DNA of 64,000 nucleotides from a phage: NCBI GenBank assembly GCA_023732985.1, contig GCA_023732985.1_3946.1; one strand, 5' to 3'. Shown piece by piece: positions 51,771 to 60,514 of this stretch (position 1 is its first letter; each line of letters starts with the position of its first letter). The notes under the pieces were generated by a model. It saw only the letters and a program-made list of their open reading frames with translations, ran no database searches and was not told where the DNA came from. The position numbers and the translations under genes were made by a program.

Positions 51771-51856
51771 AGTACTTTACAAGGGGCTTATAGTTCGATA
51801 GAGTAAGCCCCAGATAAAGAGCTTTACTAACTAACCTTAAACTAGGAGATTCTAAA
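51771..51856 (+). promoter_or_regulatory. cassette module, family A (GGGGCTTA hairpin + conserved initiation region)
   Basis: TAAAGT overlapping upstream stop, TTTACA, hairpin 51783-51811, CCTTAAACTAGGAGATTCTAAAATG. Confidence 0.55.
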
Positions 51857-52237
51857 ATGGCTTATCGTGCACCGAAATTCATCAACAAAGACAACTTTCG
51901 CAACGTACTGGAGAAGGCACTTGATGAAAAATTTAAAGGTAACATTATTATTGTTCACTCATTCAATTTTAAGTATGACATCAACGGGAATAAAATCAAC
52001 CATTACACGGCAACAATGATAGACGGTACGTTATCAAGTGAAAAAGCCGTACTGAATGCACTTGCTGGACGTGGTAAAAACCTGATAAGCTGCAATAAGA
52101 GACGTTATCAAGGTGGCGCATATGGTTATGATGATGCTGTTTACCATCTTGAAAATATGGGCTATTCAGTGGAGAAAGCTGGAGCGTCTCAAATAATTGG
52201 TAGTGATGGTTATGTGACAATATTCAAAATTAACTGA
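51857..52237 (+). CDS. hypothetical protein, cassette array ORF 3
   Basis: 126 aa ORF after family A module. Confidence 0.45.
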   Translation: MAYRAPKFINKDNFRNVLEKALDEKFKGNIIIVHSFNFKYDINGNKINHYTATMIDGTLSSEKAVLNALAGRGKNLISCNKRRYQGGAYGYDDAVYHLENMGYSVEKAGASQIIGSDGYVTIFKIN

Positions 52238-52325
52238 TAAAGTACTTTACAAGGGGCTTATAGTTCGATAAAGTAAGCCCCAGATAAAGAGCTTTACCAC
52301 TCAATCCTAAATTGGAGATTCTAAA
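52238..52325 (+). promoter_or_regulatory. cassette module, family A
   Basis: TTTACA 52246-52251, hairpin GGGGCTTA..TAAGCCCC 52253-52281, TAAAGT 52269-52274, GGAG 52314-52317. Confidence 0.55.
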
Positions 52326-52583
52326 ATGGCTATTATCAAAAACGTTGTAGTTCCTGCAAAAACTCGTGATGACGCTCGCATCATGGCGAAAAAGTTAGGC
52401 GGGAAAGTTGTTGACAACGGAAAACAATCTGCTGTAAGATGGGGCGTAAAGGTTGATAAACAGTTAACCCTAAAACGCAGTTCAAACAACCTTTTTAAAG
52501 GTGTAAAATCACTCGGTAAAGTGAATGTTTTCACTAAAAAAGGTTATAAAATGCACTTATCATTAACTGGCAATTTAATCTGA
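52326..52583 (+). CDS. hypothetical basic protein, cassette array ORF 4
   Basis: 85 aa lysine-rich ORF. Confidence 0.45.
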   Translation: MAIIKNVVVPAKTRDDARIMAKKLGGKVVDNGKQSAVRWGVKVDKQLTLKRSSNNLFKGVKSLGKVNVFTKKGYKMHLSLTGNLI

Positions 52584-52671
52584 TAAAGTACTTTACAGGG
52601 GGCTTAAAAGTTGATATCTTAAGCCCCAGATAAAGAGCTTTACCACTAAATCCTAAACTGGAGATTCAAAA
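52584..52671 (+). promoter_or_regulatory. cassette module, family A variant
   Basis: Hairpin GGGGCTTAA..TTAAGCCCC 52599-52627 with altered loop; same flanks and initiation region. Confidence 0.55.
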
Positions 52672-53184
52672 ATGAAAACTGTAGACGCTACTTTTGAAGT
52701 TGTAAAAGAAAAATTCACTATTGTTTATGAAGCTGTTAATTGCTTCGAAGCAAGCCATAATCTCGATAATTGGGAGTTTACAGATGACCATCAAGGCGGT
52801 GTGACTATTAAAAACCCCAACTGTCAGCGTAATGATTTTAAATATGCAACCCCTTTGCATTACAGCCTTAAACAGCTTTCAAGTGACTATGCAAAACAGG
52901 GCCGGGAAAATCCATCAAAAGAGGCTTACACCAGCTTACAGAAAGAACTAGAAAGAGATTTAGAGGCTTCAGAATACAACCTTGCCGCGAAAGTTGTCGA
53001 TGCAAATGGTCAAACAATTTTAGATAGTTTTTATATTGGTTACGCTTTCGATTGGTGCTATAGTGACGGCGATGATTTAGAGGATAGACTAAAAGAAGAG
53101 GTGAGCAATTCAGACGCAGAATCTGAAGTATTAGAACGTTTGGAATCATTAAAAGACTCAGTGATGAATATCTTTAAGAACTAA
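52672..53184 (+). CDS. hypothetical acidic protein, cassette array ORF 5
   Basis: 170 aa ORF. Confidence 0.45.
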   Translation: MKTVDATFEVVKEKFTIVYEAVNCFEASHNLDNWEFTDDHQGGVTIKNPNCQRNDFKYATPLHYSLKQLSSDYAKQGRENPSKEAYTSLQKELERDLEASEYNLAAKVVDANGQTILDSFYIGYAFDWCYSDGDDLEDRLKEEVSNSDAESEVLERLESLKDSVMNIFKN

Positions 53185-53271
53185 AGAGATTTCTTTACAC
53201 GGGGCTATCAAGCTGATAAGATAGCCCCAGATAAAGAGATTTATCAACTGTCCTAAACTGGAGATTCAAAA
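53185..53271 (+). promoter_or_regulatory. cassette module, family A variant with compensatory stem changes
   Basis: Hairpin GGGGCTATC..GATAGCCCC 53201-53228: stem differs from other copies but remains complementary. Confidence 0.55.
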
Positions 53272-53568
53272 ATGAAACTATCAAATAAAGTCCGTGAAAA
53301 TCTAAGCAAGTTACTTAATAAAATTGATTTCATTGAAACATCAAGGAATAGTCATGATGTTATGGAATGGTTACACGGAAAAATCAAAGGCCGTCGTGTA
53401 GTGATTTGCTTATGGAATAGTTGCAGGGAGTATAAAAAACCTGTATTGCAAGTCAATATTTACGATGATACTTTTAAAAGCCCTGTAAAGTCTAAAAGCG
53501 ATTTATTAGAATCTTATGAGATAACTGTAAGTGGCAAAGTATCACGTAAAGAGGAAACACCATGTTAA
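53272..53568 (+). CDS. hypothetical protein, cassette array ORF 6
   Basis: 98 aa ORF. Confidence 0.45.
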   Translation: MKLSNKVRENLSKLLNKIDFIETSRNSHDVMEWLHGKIKGRRVVICLWNSCREYKKPVLQVNIYDDTFKSPVKSKSDLLESYEITVSGKVSRKEETPC

Positions 53569-53894
53569 TGACTGGTATCACTGCAATCATTGCCATTTTC
53601 GCGCTATATAAGGCATATAAAGCCTATAATCTAGCAAATAAGGCAATCACACAGCAGGTTAGCAATAACCTTGTAGAAAGCTTTCTAGGACGTCTCAGTG
53701 ATGAGCAAATAAAGCGGCTAGAGATGAGCTTCAGATATAAAGCCAAAACCTATCAGATAAGTGACATCTTCAAAGATGATTTTCAGTTAGTTGATGATTA
53801 TAATTCTCTGATAAATGCTTTAAACATCAGTGACTTGAAAGACTATCATGCTGTAATTGTTCAAGAGTTGAGCAAACGAAAACAAAATTCTTGA
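53562..53894 (+). CDS. hypothetical membrane-anchored protein, cassette array ORF 7
   Basis: N-terminal hydrophobic segment MLMTGITAIIAIFALY; coupled to ORF 6. Confidence 0.4.
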   Translation: MLMTGITAIIAIFALYKAYKAYNLANKAITQQVSNNLVESFLGRLSDEQIKRLEMSFRYKAKTYQISDIFKDDFQLVDDYNSLINALNISDLKDYHAVIVQELSKRKQNS

Positions 53895-53982
53895 CACTGA
53901 TTTTTAGATAGATTAAATTACACATCAACGGGGAGGGAATGACCTTCCCCACTAAATAAAATCCTAAACTGGAGATTCTAAA
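53891..53982 (+). promoter_or_regulatory. cassette module, family B (promoter + 5' hairpin + conserved initiation region)
   Basis: -35 TTGACA 53891-53896, 17 bp spacer, -10 TAAATT 53914-53919, hairpin GGGGAGGGAATGACCTTCCCC 53930-53950, GGAG 53971-53974. Confidence 0.6.
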
Positions 53983-54255
53983 ATGTATACTACTAACAAC
54001 GGTCGCACTTTAAATGTCACACTACGTCACTATGTAGATGGTGTCATGCACTTTGAAGACTTACAAGCTGAACAACATATCTTAGATTGGCAAGTCGCAG
54101 GACTCCAAAAAACTGCTACCGGATACGGTAAAAAGATTCCAACCAGTTGGAAAGTACACTATGAAGGCCGTTTGCGCAGAATTTATCAGGATGTGCAAAG
54201 CAATAGTGCATCGAGTTACATTATAGTAAAAGGTAAAAAACTGCATTTAGTGTAA
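53983..54255 (+). CDS. hypothetical protein, cassette array ORF 8
   Basis: 90 aa ORF. Confidence 0.45.
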   Translation: MYTTNNGRTLNVTLRHYVDGVMHFEDLQAEQHILDWQVAGLQKTATGYGKKIPTSWKVHYEGRLRRIYQDVQSNSASSYIIVKGKKLHLV

Positions 54256-54340
54256 AGTACTTTACAGGGGGCTTATAGTTCGATAAAGTAAGCCCCAGAT
54301 AAAGAGCTTTACCACTCAATCCTAAATTGGAGATTCTAAA
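54256..54340 (+). promoter_or_regulatory. cassette module, family A
   Basis: Hairpin 54268-54296, near-identical to module at 52238-52325. Confidence 0.55.
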
Positions 54341-54745
54341 ATGGCTATTAATAACCGTGAATTATCAATCTTAAAAGCACGCTTGACCGTTAATCGAATC
54401 AATATCATGACGTCATCAGCGCCTGATGAAACATTGCACAACATTATCGGAAAGATTCAAAGCGTTATCTTAGACGTTGAAAACGTAAAAAGTTCATTGG
54501 CTGACGTTGCAGCAGGTATCACGCTAGACGGTGCGCAATATGAAATGGCTGACATGTTAGGCAAATCGAAGGTAATGAATAAAGAGCTTGATTTAAAAAT
54601 GTTTCGATTTGCCGTGAAAGTATGGTTATCTGTCGAGTATGACGCTAATTTTGCAATCGCTGATTTCTTTGCCACTTGGTTACAACGTAATTTGACAAAT
54701 CATGATTTTCGTGATGTCTGTGATGCAATTTATGCAGAACTTTAA
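54341..54745 (+). CDS. hypothetical protein, cassette array ORF 9
   Basis: 134 aa ORF. Confidence 0.45.
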   Translation: MAINNRELSILKARLTVNRINIMTSSAPDETLHNIIGKIQSVILDVENVKSSLADVAAGITLDGAQYEMADMLGKSKVMNKELDLKMFRFAVKVWLSVEYDANFAIADFFATWLQRNLTNHDFRDVCDAIYAEL

Positions 54746-54754
54746 AAAATTTTG

Positions 54755-54846
54755 TTGACACTGATTTTTAGATAGATTAAATTACACATCAACGGGGAGG
54801 GAATGACCTTCCCCACTAAATAAAATCCTAAACTGGAGATTCTAAA
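54755..54846 (+). promoter_or_regulatory. cassette module, family B
   Basis: -35 TTGACA 54755-54760, -10 TAAATT 54778-54783, hairpin 54794-54814; near-identical to 53891-53982. Confidence 0.6.
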
Positions 54847-55044
54847 ATGGCTATTATTAACGGCTTACACATTGAAACAACTCACATCAAAGATATTAAA
54901 GTTGGTGATGTAGTCCTTTCCCACGGAGTAGAAAAAACAGTCACTGCAAAGGATATCAAAGATGATTCTTTCATGGGTAGAACTCTCTTCGGTGATTCTT
55001 ATTGCTTAGGTTATCTTGCAGTTTTAAAAGTTGTCAAAAATTAA
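54847..55044 (+). CDS. hypothetical small protein, cassette array ORF 10
   Basis: 65 aa ORF. Confidence 0.4.
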   Translation: MAIINGLHIETTHIKDIKVGDVVLSHGVEKTVTAKDIKDDSFMGRTLFGDSYCLGYLAVLKVVKN

Positions 55045-55137
55045 CTGATAAAGTACTTTACAAGGGGTTTATAGTTCGATAAAGTAAGCCCCAGATAAAG
55101 AGCTTTACCACTAAATCCTTAAACTAGGAGATTCAAA
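55045..55137 (+). promoter_or_regulatory. cassette module, family A (G-U wobble variant)
   Basis: Hairpin GGGGTTTA..TAAGCCCC around 55064-55092. Confidence 0.5.
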
Positions 55138-55680
55138 ATGAAATGCTTTCACGGTACTACTCAAGAAAACTTTATCAACCTGATTAATAACGGTGATAAA
55201 CCATCAGGTGTATGGAATTGTTCGGATATGGACGGCAATTTTTACGTGTACCCAGAAAATAAACTCTATGGTGATGATGAGGAAGAGATAGCATCGGAAG
55301 GTATCCAGCAAGCTCTAGGAAATGCCACTATCACGGCAGCTTTTCAGATGAAAACTCAAAATATTGTTATCTTAGAACTCGACATTCCAGAGGATGAGCT
55401 AAATGATGATTATTCTTGTGATAACATGTCAAATATAGCAAGCTTTACAGAGTACTTTGATGTAAATTGGATTAAAAAGGTCTATACAACAGAGTTCAAC
55501 GCTATGTATTCACCTTTTTGTCTCCCTTCACTGGATAACCCAAATTTAAATTATCTTGATGAAACATTGGAGCTACTTGCTAAAAGTATCCAACAATCCG
55601 ACAGTATTCAGGTTTTTTGTGACATCATGGATACACTGACAGAAAACATTGTAGAGAGTGATTTAAAGGTCTTTTTCTAA
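55138..55680 (+). CDS. hypothetical acidic protein, cassette array ORF 11
   Basis: 180 aa ORF. Confidence 0.45.
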   Translation: MKCFHGTTQENFINLINNGDKPSGVWNCSDMDGNFYVYPENKLYGDDEEEIASEGIQQALGNATITAAFQMKTQNIVILELDIPEDELNDDYSCDNMSNIASFTEYFDVNWIKKVYTTEFNAMYSPFCLPSLDNPNLNYLDETLELLAKSIQQSDSIQVFCDIMDTLTENIVESDLKVFF

Positions 55681-55746
55681 AAACCTATACATTCACCTTA
55701 TAAACACTGATTAACCCCTTACAGGGGCTTTTAGAGGGCTTAAATC

Positions 55747-55980
55747 ATGCTTACAACCATTTATCTCATCCTTTCTATCTGTAGTGGTCATTCATGTGAC
55801 TTTAAAGGGCTTGAAGAGTTTACAGGAAGTAAAGAAAATGCTATTCAGGTTTGCCAGATAGCAAGACAAGACTATCCCGCCAGTGATGACATGCAATGCT
55901 ACTTTAAGACAGAAGATGAAGAAGGCATTTATTTTGATAGTGTTGACGGTCAATATGAAATTATCATTGAAAAAGACTAG
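55747..55980 (+). CDS. hypothetical small secreted/lipoprotein-like protein, cassette array ORF 12
   Basis: Hydrophobic N-terminus LTTIYLILSICSGHSC; no conserved module upstream. Confidence 0.35.
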   Translation: MLTTIYLILSICSGHSCDFKGLEEFTGSKENAIQVCQIARQDYPASDDMQCYFKTEDEEGIYFDSVDGQYEIIIEKD

Positions 55981-56071
55981 ACAAGCCTGATAAAAGCTTG
56001 TAGAGTGTCAATCAACGGGGAGGGAATAACCTTCCCCACTAAGTAAAGTCCTTAAACTAGGAGATTCTAAA
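55981..56071 (+). promoter_or_regulatory. cassette module, family B (promoter hexamers unclear)
   Basis: Hairpin GGGGAGGGAATAACCTTCCCC 56017-56037 and conserved initiation region. Confidence 0.5.
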
Positions 56072-56413
56072 ATGGCTTATGTAACTGTAATTACCGATAA
56101 AGAGAATTCATCTTGGTCAACTCAGGTTAGTGATAAGATGTCACCTATGCAGTGCCTAAAATACTTTGAGCAGTGGAACAAAGGCGAGGATGTAAGCCCC
56201 TTTCAGGTAATGCAAATCATCCATACAGATAACGAAGGGAATAAAACGACACTGAATAGTGAGTACTATGCAAGCCGTTTTGAAACGAGAAGTAAAACAA
56301 TGAAGCTTTTACGTGAATCCGGCTATTCTCACATTGCCGCGCTAATATGGGATGACCTGCTGAAAAGCCAGCGTATCAGCTATGTAAAACCTGAAAAAAT
56401 ATTCATCAGTTAA
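56072..56413 (+). CDS. hypothetical protein, cassette array ORF 13
   Basis: 113 aa ORF. Confidence 0.45.
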   Translation: MAYVTVITDKENSSWSTQVSDKMSPMQCLKYFEQWNKGEDVSPFQVMQIIHTDNEGNKTTLNSEYYASRFETRSKTMKLLRESGYSHIAALIWDDLLKSQRISYVKPEKIFIS

Positions 56414-56613
56414 TCAATAACTTATAAAAAACTTTAAAAAATTACTTGACGATACCCCTTGACAATAGTACATTTGTTCGAGGGGGTTTATCTAAAAGGG
56501 ATTCACTTAAAAGATTCTTTATAGATAAACTTAAAAAATTGCTTGCAATCATCTTCCAAAAACTTTATAGTTTATCTCAAGCAATAATGCTTTCCTAAAC
56601 TGGAGATTCAAAA
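56414..56613 (+). promoter_or_regulatory. 200 bp leader with tandem promoter-like direct repeats and conserved initiation region
   Basis: CTTTAAAAAATTACTTGACG and CTTAAAAAATTGCTTGCAAT direct repeats; TTGCAA-17-TATAGT candidate; no hairpin of family A/B. Confidence 0.45.
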
Positions 56614-57144
56614 ATGAACAAGTTCAAAGCTATCAACTACATTCGCTCAAATAGTGTCATGTCTAAGCCTGTTAAGGATACCTACGAATTTCGTTGCAAT
56701 GGCGAACACTTTGCTACCATCACCAAATCAAACAACGGGGCTTATTATATCCATCGTCGTAATGTTTCTACGGTTGTAGTTTCTAACTTTATGCAAGCTG
56801 TAGCGGAACTCCTCCCGCTCTTCTTAGAAAAGTATGCCGTACAGTGTGAAAGTGTTCGTGAATGCACTAAAACAGTGTTAAACGGTTATCGTATGGCCTA
56901 TGAGCGCTCTTTAAAGAATCTCAATAAATACTACAAAGCACCGGAAGGTACTTCATCCACAGCCTACGGGGTAGGGGGCTTCAATGTCAGCCTTTACGAA
57001 GTGGAAGAAATCGAGCTTTATGACCATCGCCCAAATGGTTACGCTAAGACACTGGGAGATGGGTTAATGCTGAATATCAAGAACTTAGAAAAAACTTTAA
57101 GAGAAATTGAAAAAGATATTGACGAGACAATCAAAAGTCTGTAA
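56614..57144 (+). CDS. hypothetical protein, cassette array ORF 14
   Basis: 176 aa ORF. Confidence 0.45.
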   Translation: MNKFKAINYIRSNSVMSKPVKDTYEFRCNGEHFATITKSNNGAYYIHRRNVSTVVVSNFMQAVAELLPLFLEKYAVQCESVRECTKTVLNGYRMAYERSLKNLNKYYKAPEGTSSTAYGVGGFNVSLYEVEEIELYDHRPNGYAKTLGDGLMLNIKNLEKTLREIEKDIDETIKSL

Positions 57145-57209
57145 ATTATCAATCAACGGGGAGGGAATAACCTTCCCCACTAAGTAAAGTCCTAAACTGG
57201 AGATTCAAA
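57119..57209 (+). promoter_or_regulatory. cassette module, family B; -10 hexamer overlaps upstream stop codon
   Basis: -35 TTGACG 57119-57124, 17 bp spacer, -10 TAAATT 57142-57147 (TAA = stop of ORF 14), hairpin 57158-57178. Confidence 0.6.
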
Positions 57210-57473
57210 ATGGAACACGTAGAACTGACCACACTCTTACAAATCGCAACCGACAAGGAAGACGTAGCATTATTTCACCGTATCGAAAGTGATTTGTTCA
57301 ATGGTGAAATCATCAAAGAATCTTACGAAGTTGTCGGATTCAAAGATGGTAAAGCATTTGGCTTTTTTGACCTCGACAAAAGCAAAGCGGTTACAAAGTA
57401 CGATGTTCTATCTTGTGAGATTCTTACAAAATACAACGAAAAAAGGCTTGCAACATACGCCAACATGCAGTAA
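57210..57473 (+). CDS. hypothetical protein, cassette array ORF 15
   Basis: 87 aa ORF. Confidence 0.45.
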   Translation: MEHVELTTLLQIATDKEDVALFHRIESDLFNGEIIKESYEVVGFKDGKAFGFFDLDKSKAVTKYDVLSCEILTKYNEKRLATYANMQ

Positions 57474-57538
57474 ATTACTAATCAACGGGGAGGGATGACC
57501 TCCCTACTAAATAAAACCTTAAACTAGGAGATTCTAAA
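57448..57538 (+). promoter_or_regulatory. cassette module, family B variant; -10 hexamer overlaps upstream stop codon
   Basis: -35 TTGCAA 57448-57453, 17 bp spacer, -10 TAAATT 57471-57476 (TAA = stop of ORF 15), hairpin GGGGAGGGATGACCTCCC 57487-57505. Confidence 0.6.
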
Positions 57539-57787
57539 ATGGCTACTATCCGCGCAACTGTTAACGAATTCGGCTTTTGCTCTCTGGATGTTAAATTTGA
57601 CCTTGTAGGTACTGATAACGCCTTTGAGATGGTGAAAGGTCTTATCAGTCAAACCATCAAAGACTATAACCCTTCTGATGAGTTCTGGAAAGAAACAAAA
57701 CAGGAAGTTCTCAAAGATGGTTATTCTTATCACTATTGGGGTGAAAAAATTGTCTCCCTATACTACGACAAAGAGGGCACTAACTAA
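57539..57787 (+). CDS. hypothetical protein, cassette array ORF 16
   Basis: 82 aa ORF, last gene before the ORF-free region. Confidence 0.45.
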   Translation: MATIRATVNEFGFCSLDVKFDLVGTDNAFEMVKGLISQTIKDYNPSDEFWKETKQEVLKDGYSYHYWGEKIVSLYYDKEGTN

Positions 57788-57797
57788 TCGACGCAAC

Positions 57798-57850
57798 GGG
57801 GCTAAATAGCCCCAGATACCTTAAAAGCTCCTTCTCATAGGGGCTTTTTT
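57798..57850 (+). terminator. tandem hairpins, second with U-tract (terminator of cassette array)
   Basis: GGGGCTAAATAGCCCC 57798-57813, then AGCTCC..GGGGCT hairpin followed by TTTTTTT. Confidence 0.55.
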
Positions 57851-59487
57851 TACGTCTATAAAGAATCCTTTCCCTTTCCTTTCCAGAATCTACCCCCACT
57901 GATTCGATAGAGACTATCTCATACCTTAAAAGCAATAACTCTATAGTCTATTCTATAGCCCCTTATCAAATCAACTTAAATAAAAGCCAATAACCCCAGA
58001 AAGGGGATGGCTCATTTAAACGCTCTATAAAGCTCTATAACAGCCTTATCAACCTAACTTAAGGGATTGCATTAACCCACTCTAAAAAGCCCTTTATAAA
58101 GCTTCCTATAGCCTTAAAAGAATCTTATAAGGGTGAAAGTTTATAGGCTGGCTAGTATCTTGTGAATAACTAAACAAACCCCTTGATAGTCACTAAAAAG
58201 TATGTTATAGGGGCTATAAAGTTACTTCAAAGTAACGTAAAAAAGGCTATAAAGTTACGTAAATGCTAGCCCCCTTAACATTTTCTTAACAATTTCTTAA
58301 CAATCCCTACATAGTTATGCTTTTAAGGCACTTGTTAGAGACATGTTAGCCCCTTGTTAAATCTCTGTTAAGACCACGTAAAAGCCTTGTAAGAGTCTTT
58401 GGCATAGCCTTTAAAGCCTCTGTAAAGCCCTATAAAGAGGTGTCTGTATAGTTGGGGTGTAATTACTAGGAAGAGACTTAAAAGAGCTTACAAGGAGCTA
58501 TAGAGAGCTTTTAAGAGGGCTATTTAGAGAATCACTAAGAGGGAAAGGGAACGATAAGAAAAGAGATAGTGACCATGTTAATAGCTTGTTAAAAAGATTA
58601 AACACTTGTTAGGAACTTGTTAATTATCCCTACAAAATAACTCTTTAAAATTAACTTGTTAGCTCTCGTTAGTTATCTGTTAAGATTCTGTAAAGACTAT
58701 TCAGCACTTGTTAGAAAACTGTTACAGCCTTGTTAGTTCTGTTAAGAATCTGTTAAGACCTTTGAAGAGTTGTTAAGAGCTTGAGAGAGTTGTTAAGGAA
58801 TTGTTAATGATATTTTAAAATTTTGCAAAGTACTTGTAAGGGAGCTGTTAAGGGCTACCAAGCAGATATACATCTTCTACAGATATTTTTCAGTCCCTTC
58901 AAAGACCCTAAAAAATGACTTGATAGTCCTATTTTATAAAAATTTTAAAATTCTGAATAATTACCTATACAGTCTTTTAAAAATACAGGTAGAAACAGGC
59001 TTATAAGATACCTTGTTAGTACCGTGTTAGACCTTGTGAGATAAGGTCTGTAAAGATATTCCTGTTAAGTTTGTTAAAACAGTCTATATAGAGGCTTAGT
59101 AATACCTAGTGAACACCTATAGAGAGTGTCATAGCTGACATAGAGATTAAGAGGTGTATAGGAGCTTCTAAGAGGGTATAGAGAGATGGTTAAGGTGATT
59201 GTATAGGTTGTTAAGAAGGCTTGTTAGAAGAGTGTTTAGAAGGCTTGTTAGAGGGCTAGTTAGAAGGGTTATACAGAGGGCTATTAAGCCCACTAGATAG
59301 TTACTAAGATACTATATAACTATATAGAGAGTAAGATTAAGAAGGATGTTAAGAAGGATAGATATTTTTATTCACATATGATGGTGACCCAGAGGTTGGG
59401 ACAACCGATAAAATTTTATAAAAAATATAAATTTCGTAAATTTTACTCAATAAAAAGCCCCCAATTAAGGAGGCTCTTAAGATATTT
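57851..59487. repeat. ~1.6 kb ORF-free iteron-rich region (CTATAAAG and YTTGTTAR short repeats)
   Basis: No ORF of 60 aa or more on either strand; dense irregularly spaced copies of CTTGTTAG / CTGTTAAG / TTGTTAAG and of CTATAAAG; flanked by convergent transcription units. Confidence 0.7.
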
Positions 59488-60081
59488 TTAAATCAGTGTT
59501 TCCAGAACTGTTTTTAGTGATGACTTGGTTGTCTGATAAAAATGAGTAAAGCCGTTGTTGTTATCAAATACCTGCATCATGATATCATCTCCCTTGATTG
59601 GGTACACTCGGATATCATAGTGAAAACCATTAAAGACACAAGAACCACTACAGAATGCTCTAAAGTCATCTACTGAGATATACTCTTCATGACCTGTGAT
59701 TTTTATACAAACACCTTTACTCGGTCTCTTAGGATTAATATCTTCCATCACAGACATACTCTGTCCACCAAGAGATACCATAGTGACCACTTTACGGTTC
59801 TTCTGTTTAAAGTACATCTTAACTTTCTGTAAAGTGTCTTCATAGAACGGATACGACTTCTCTACAAAGATTCCTTCAAGTGGCTCTTTACCATTTTGAA
59901 CCTCTCTGTAACCCCGTACTGCAAAGATAATTTGTTCTAACCTATTAAGGCTTTCTTCGTAGAGTGCTCCACGAATATCATTCCAGTCAAGGACTAGGTA
60001 GTTACCTTCAACTTCTTTTAAGTTATCTTTTTCCATAGCTATCACACCATTATCGTAAGACTTGGTAATCTGGGACTGCAA
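59488..60081 (-). CDS. hypothetical protein
   Basis: 197 aa ORF. Confidence 0.4.
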   Translation of the reverse strand: MQSQITKSYDNGVIAMEKDNLKEVEGNYLVLDWNDIRGALYEESLNRLEQIIFAVRGYREVQNGKEPLEGIFVEKSYPFYEDTLQKVKMYFKQKNRKVVTMVSLGGQSMSVMEDINPKRPSKGVCIKITGHEEYISVDDFRAFCSGSCVFNGFHYDIRVYPIKGDDIMMQVFDNNNGFTHFYQTTKSSLKTVLETLI

Positions 60082-60514
60082 ACTTGTTGTCTTTGTTTTT
60101 AATGAGGTCTTCTTTTGTTACAAAGAATGTAAGCCCACATAAGTGTGTATGGTGGCTATCATACTCAAATACTTTAAGTAAGTATTCACCGTCATCATAA
60201 ACATGCTCTACTACACCTTTTGCAACAACCTTTCCAGTCTTGAAATCTTTAAGTGGGTATACATTTCCAACTTTAGGGACTGTTTTCATCTCAGGTTCTT
60301 TTAGTTTCTCACCAGCTTCTACATCACCTAGAAGATGAGAACTTTCAAAAGCTACATATTGCATATAAGCCTCTGAGCATTCCCAGATAAAACAATGTAC
60401 AAGAGCCTTAGCAGCATGTCTTGAACAATTCAACTTATCGCAAATCTCTTTGTACATTTCATCTTTAGTTGAGTTGTCAAGCATTGCTTTTCGAACTGTT
60501 TCTTTAACTTTCAT
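60050..60514 (-). CDS. hypothetical protein
   Basis: 154 aa ORF. Confidence 0.4.
   Translation of the reverse strand: MKVKETVRKAMLDNSTKDEMYKEICDKLNCSRHAAKALVHCFIWECSEAYMQYVAFESSHLLGDVEAGEKLKEPEMKTVPKVGNVYPLKDFKTGKVVAKGVVEHVYDDGEYLLKVFEYDSHHTHLCGLTFFVTKEDLIKNKDNKFAVPDYQVLR

Noticed and set aside
51783-55092. Family A hairpins as simple intrinsic terminators
   Set aside because: Unlike the GGGGCTT hairpins at 6273 and 40151, the cassette copies are followed by AGATAAAGAGCTTTA rather than a U-tract, so classical termination is unlikely; processing, stabiliser or promoter-spacer roles fit better.
51771-57538. Repeated ~90 bp intergenic modules separated by unique sequence, superficially CRISPR-like
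   Set aside because: The repeats are ~85-100 bp with promoter, hairpin and SD elements, and the intervening unique segments are 200-550 bp ORFs with start codons. No short regularly spaced repeat-spacer pattern and no cas genes.
51771-57538. Integron-like cassette array with attC-like hairpins
   Set aside because: No integrase gene is visible in the window, and the hairpins lie upstream of each ORF next to promoter and RBS elements rather than downstream as attC sites do. Modular regulatory cassettes are the more economical reading.
57851-59487. tRNA genes in the large noncoding regions (expected in Felix O1-like phages)
   Set aside because: No GTTCGAATC-type T-loop or cloverleaf-compatible segments were recognised by eye in this region or in 13025-13534 and 14581-14968; a tRNAscan-type search should confirm.
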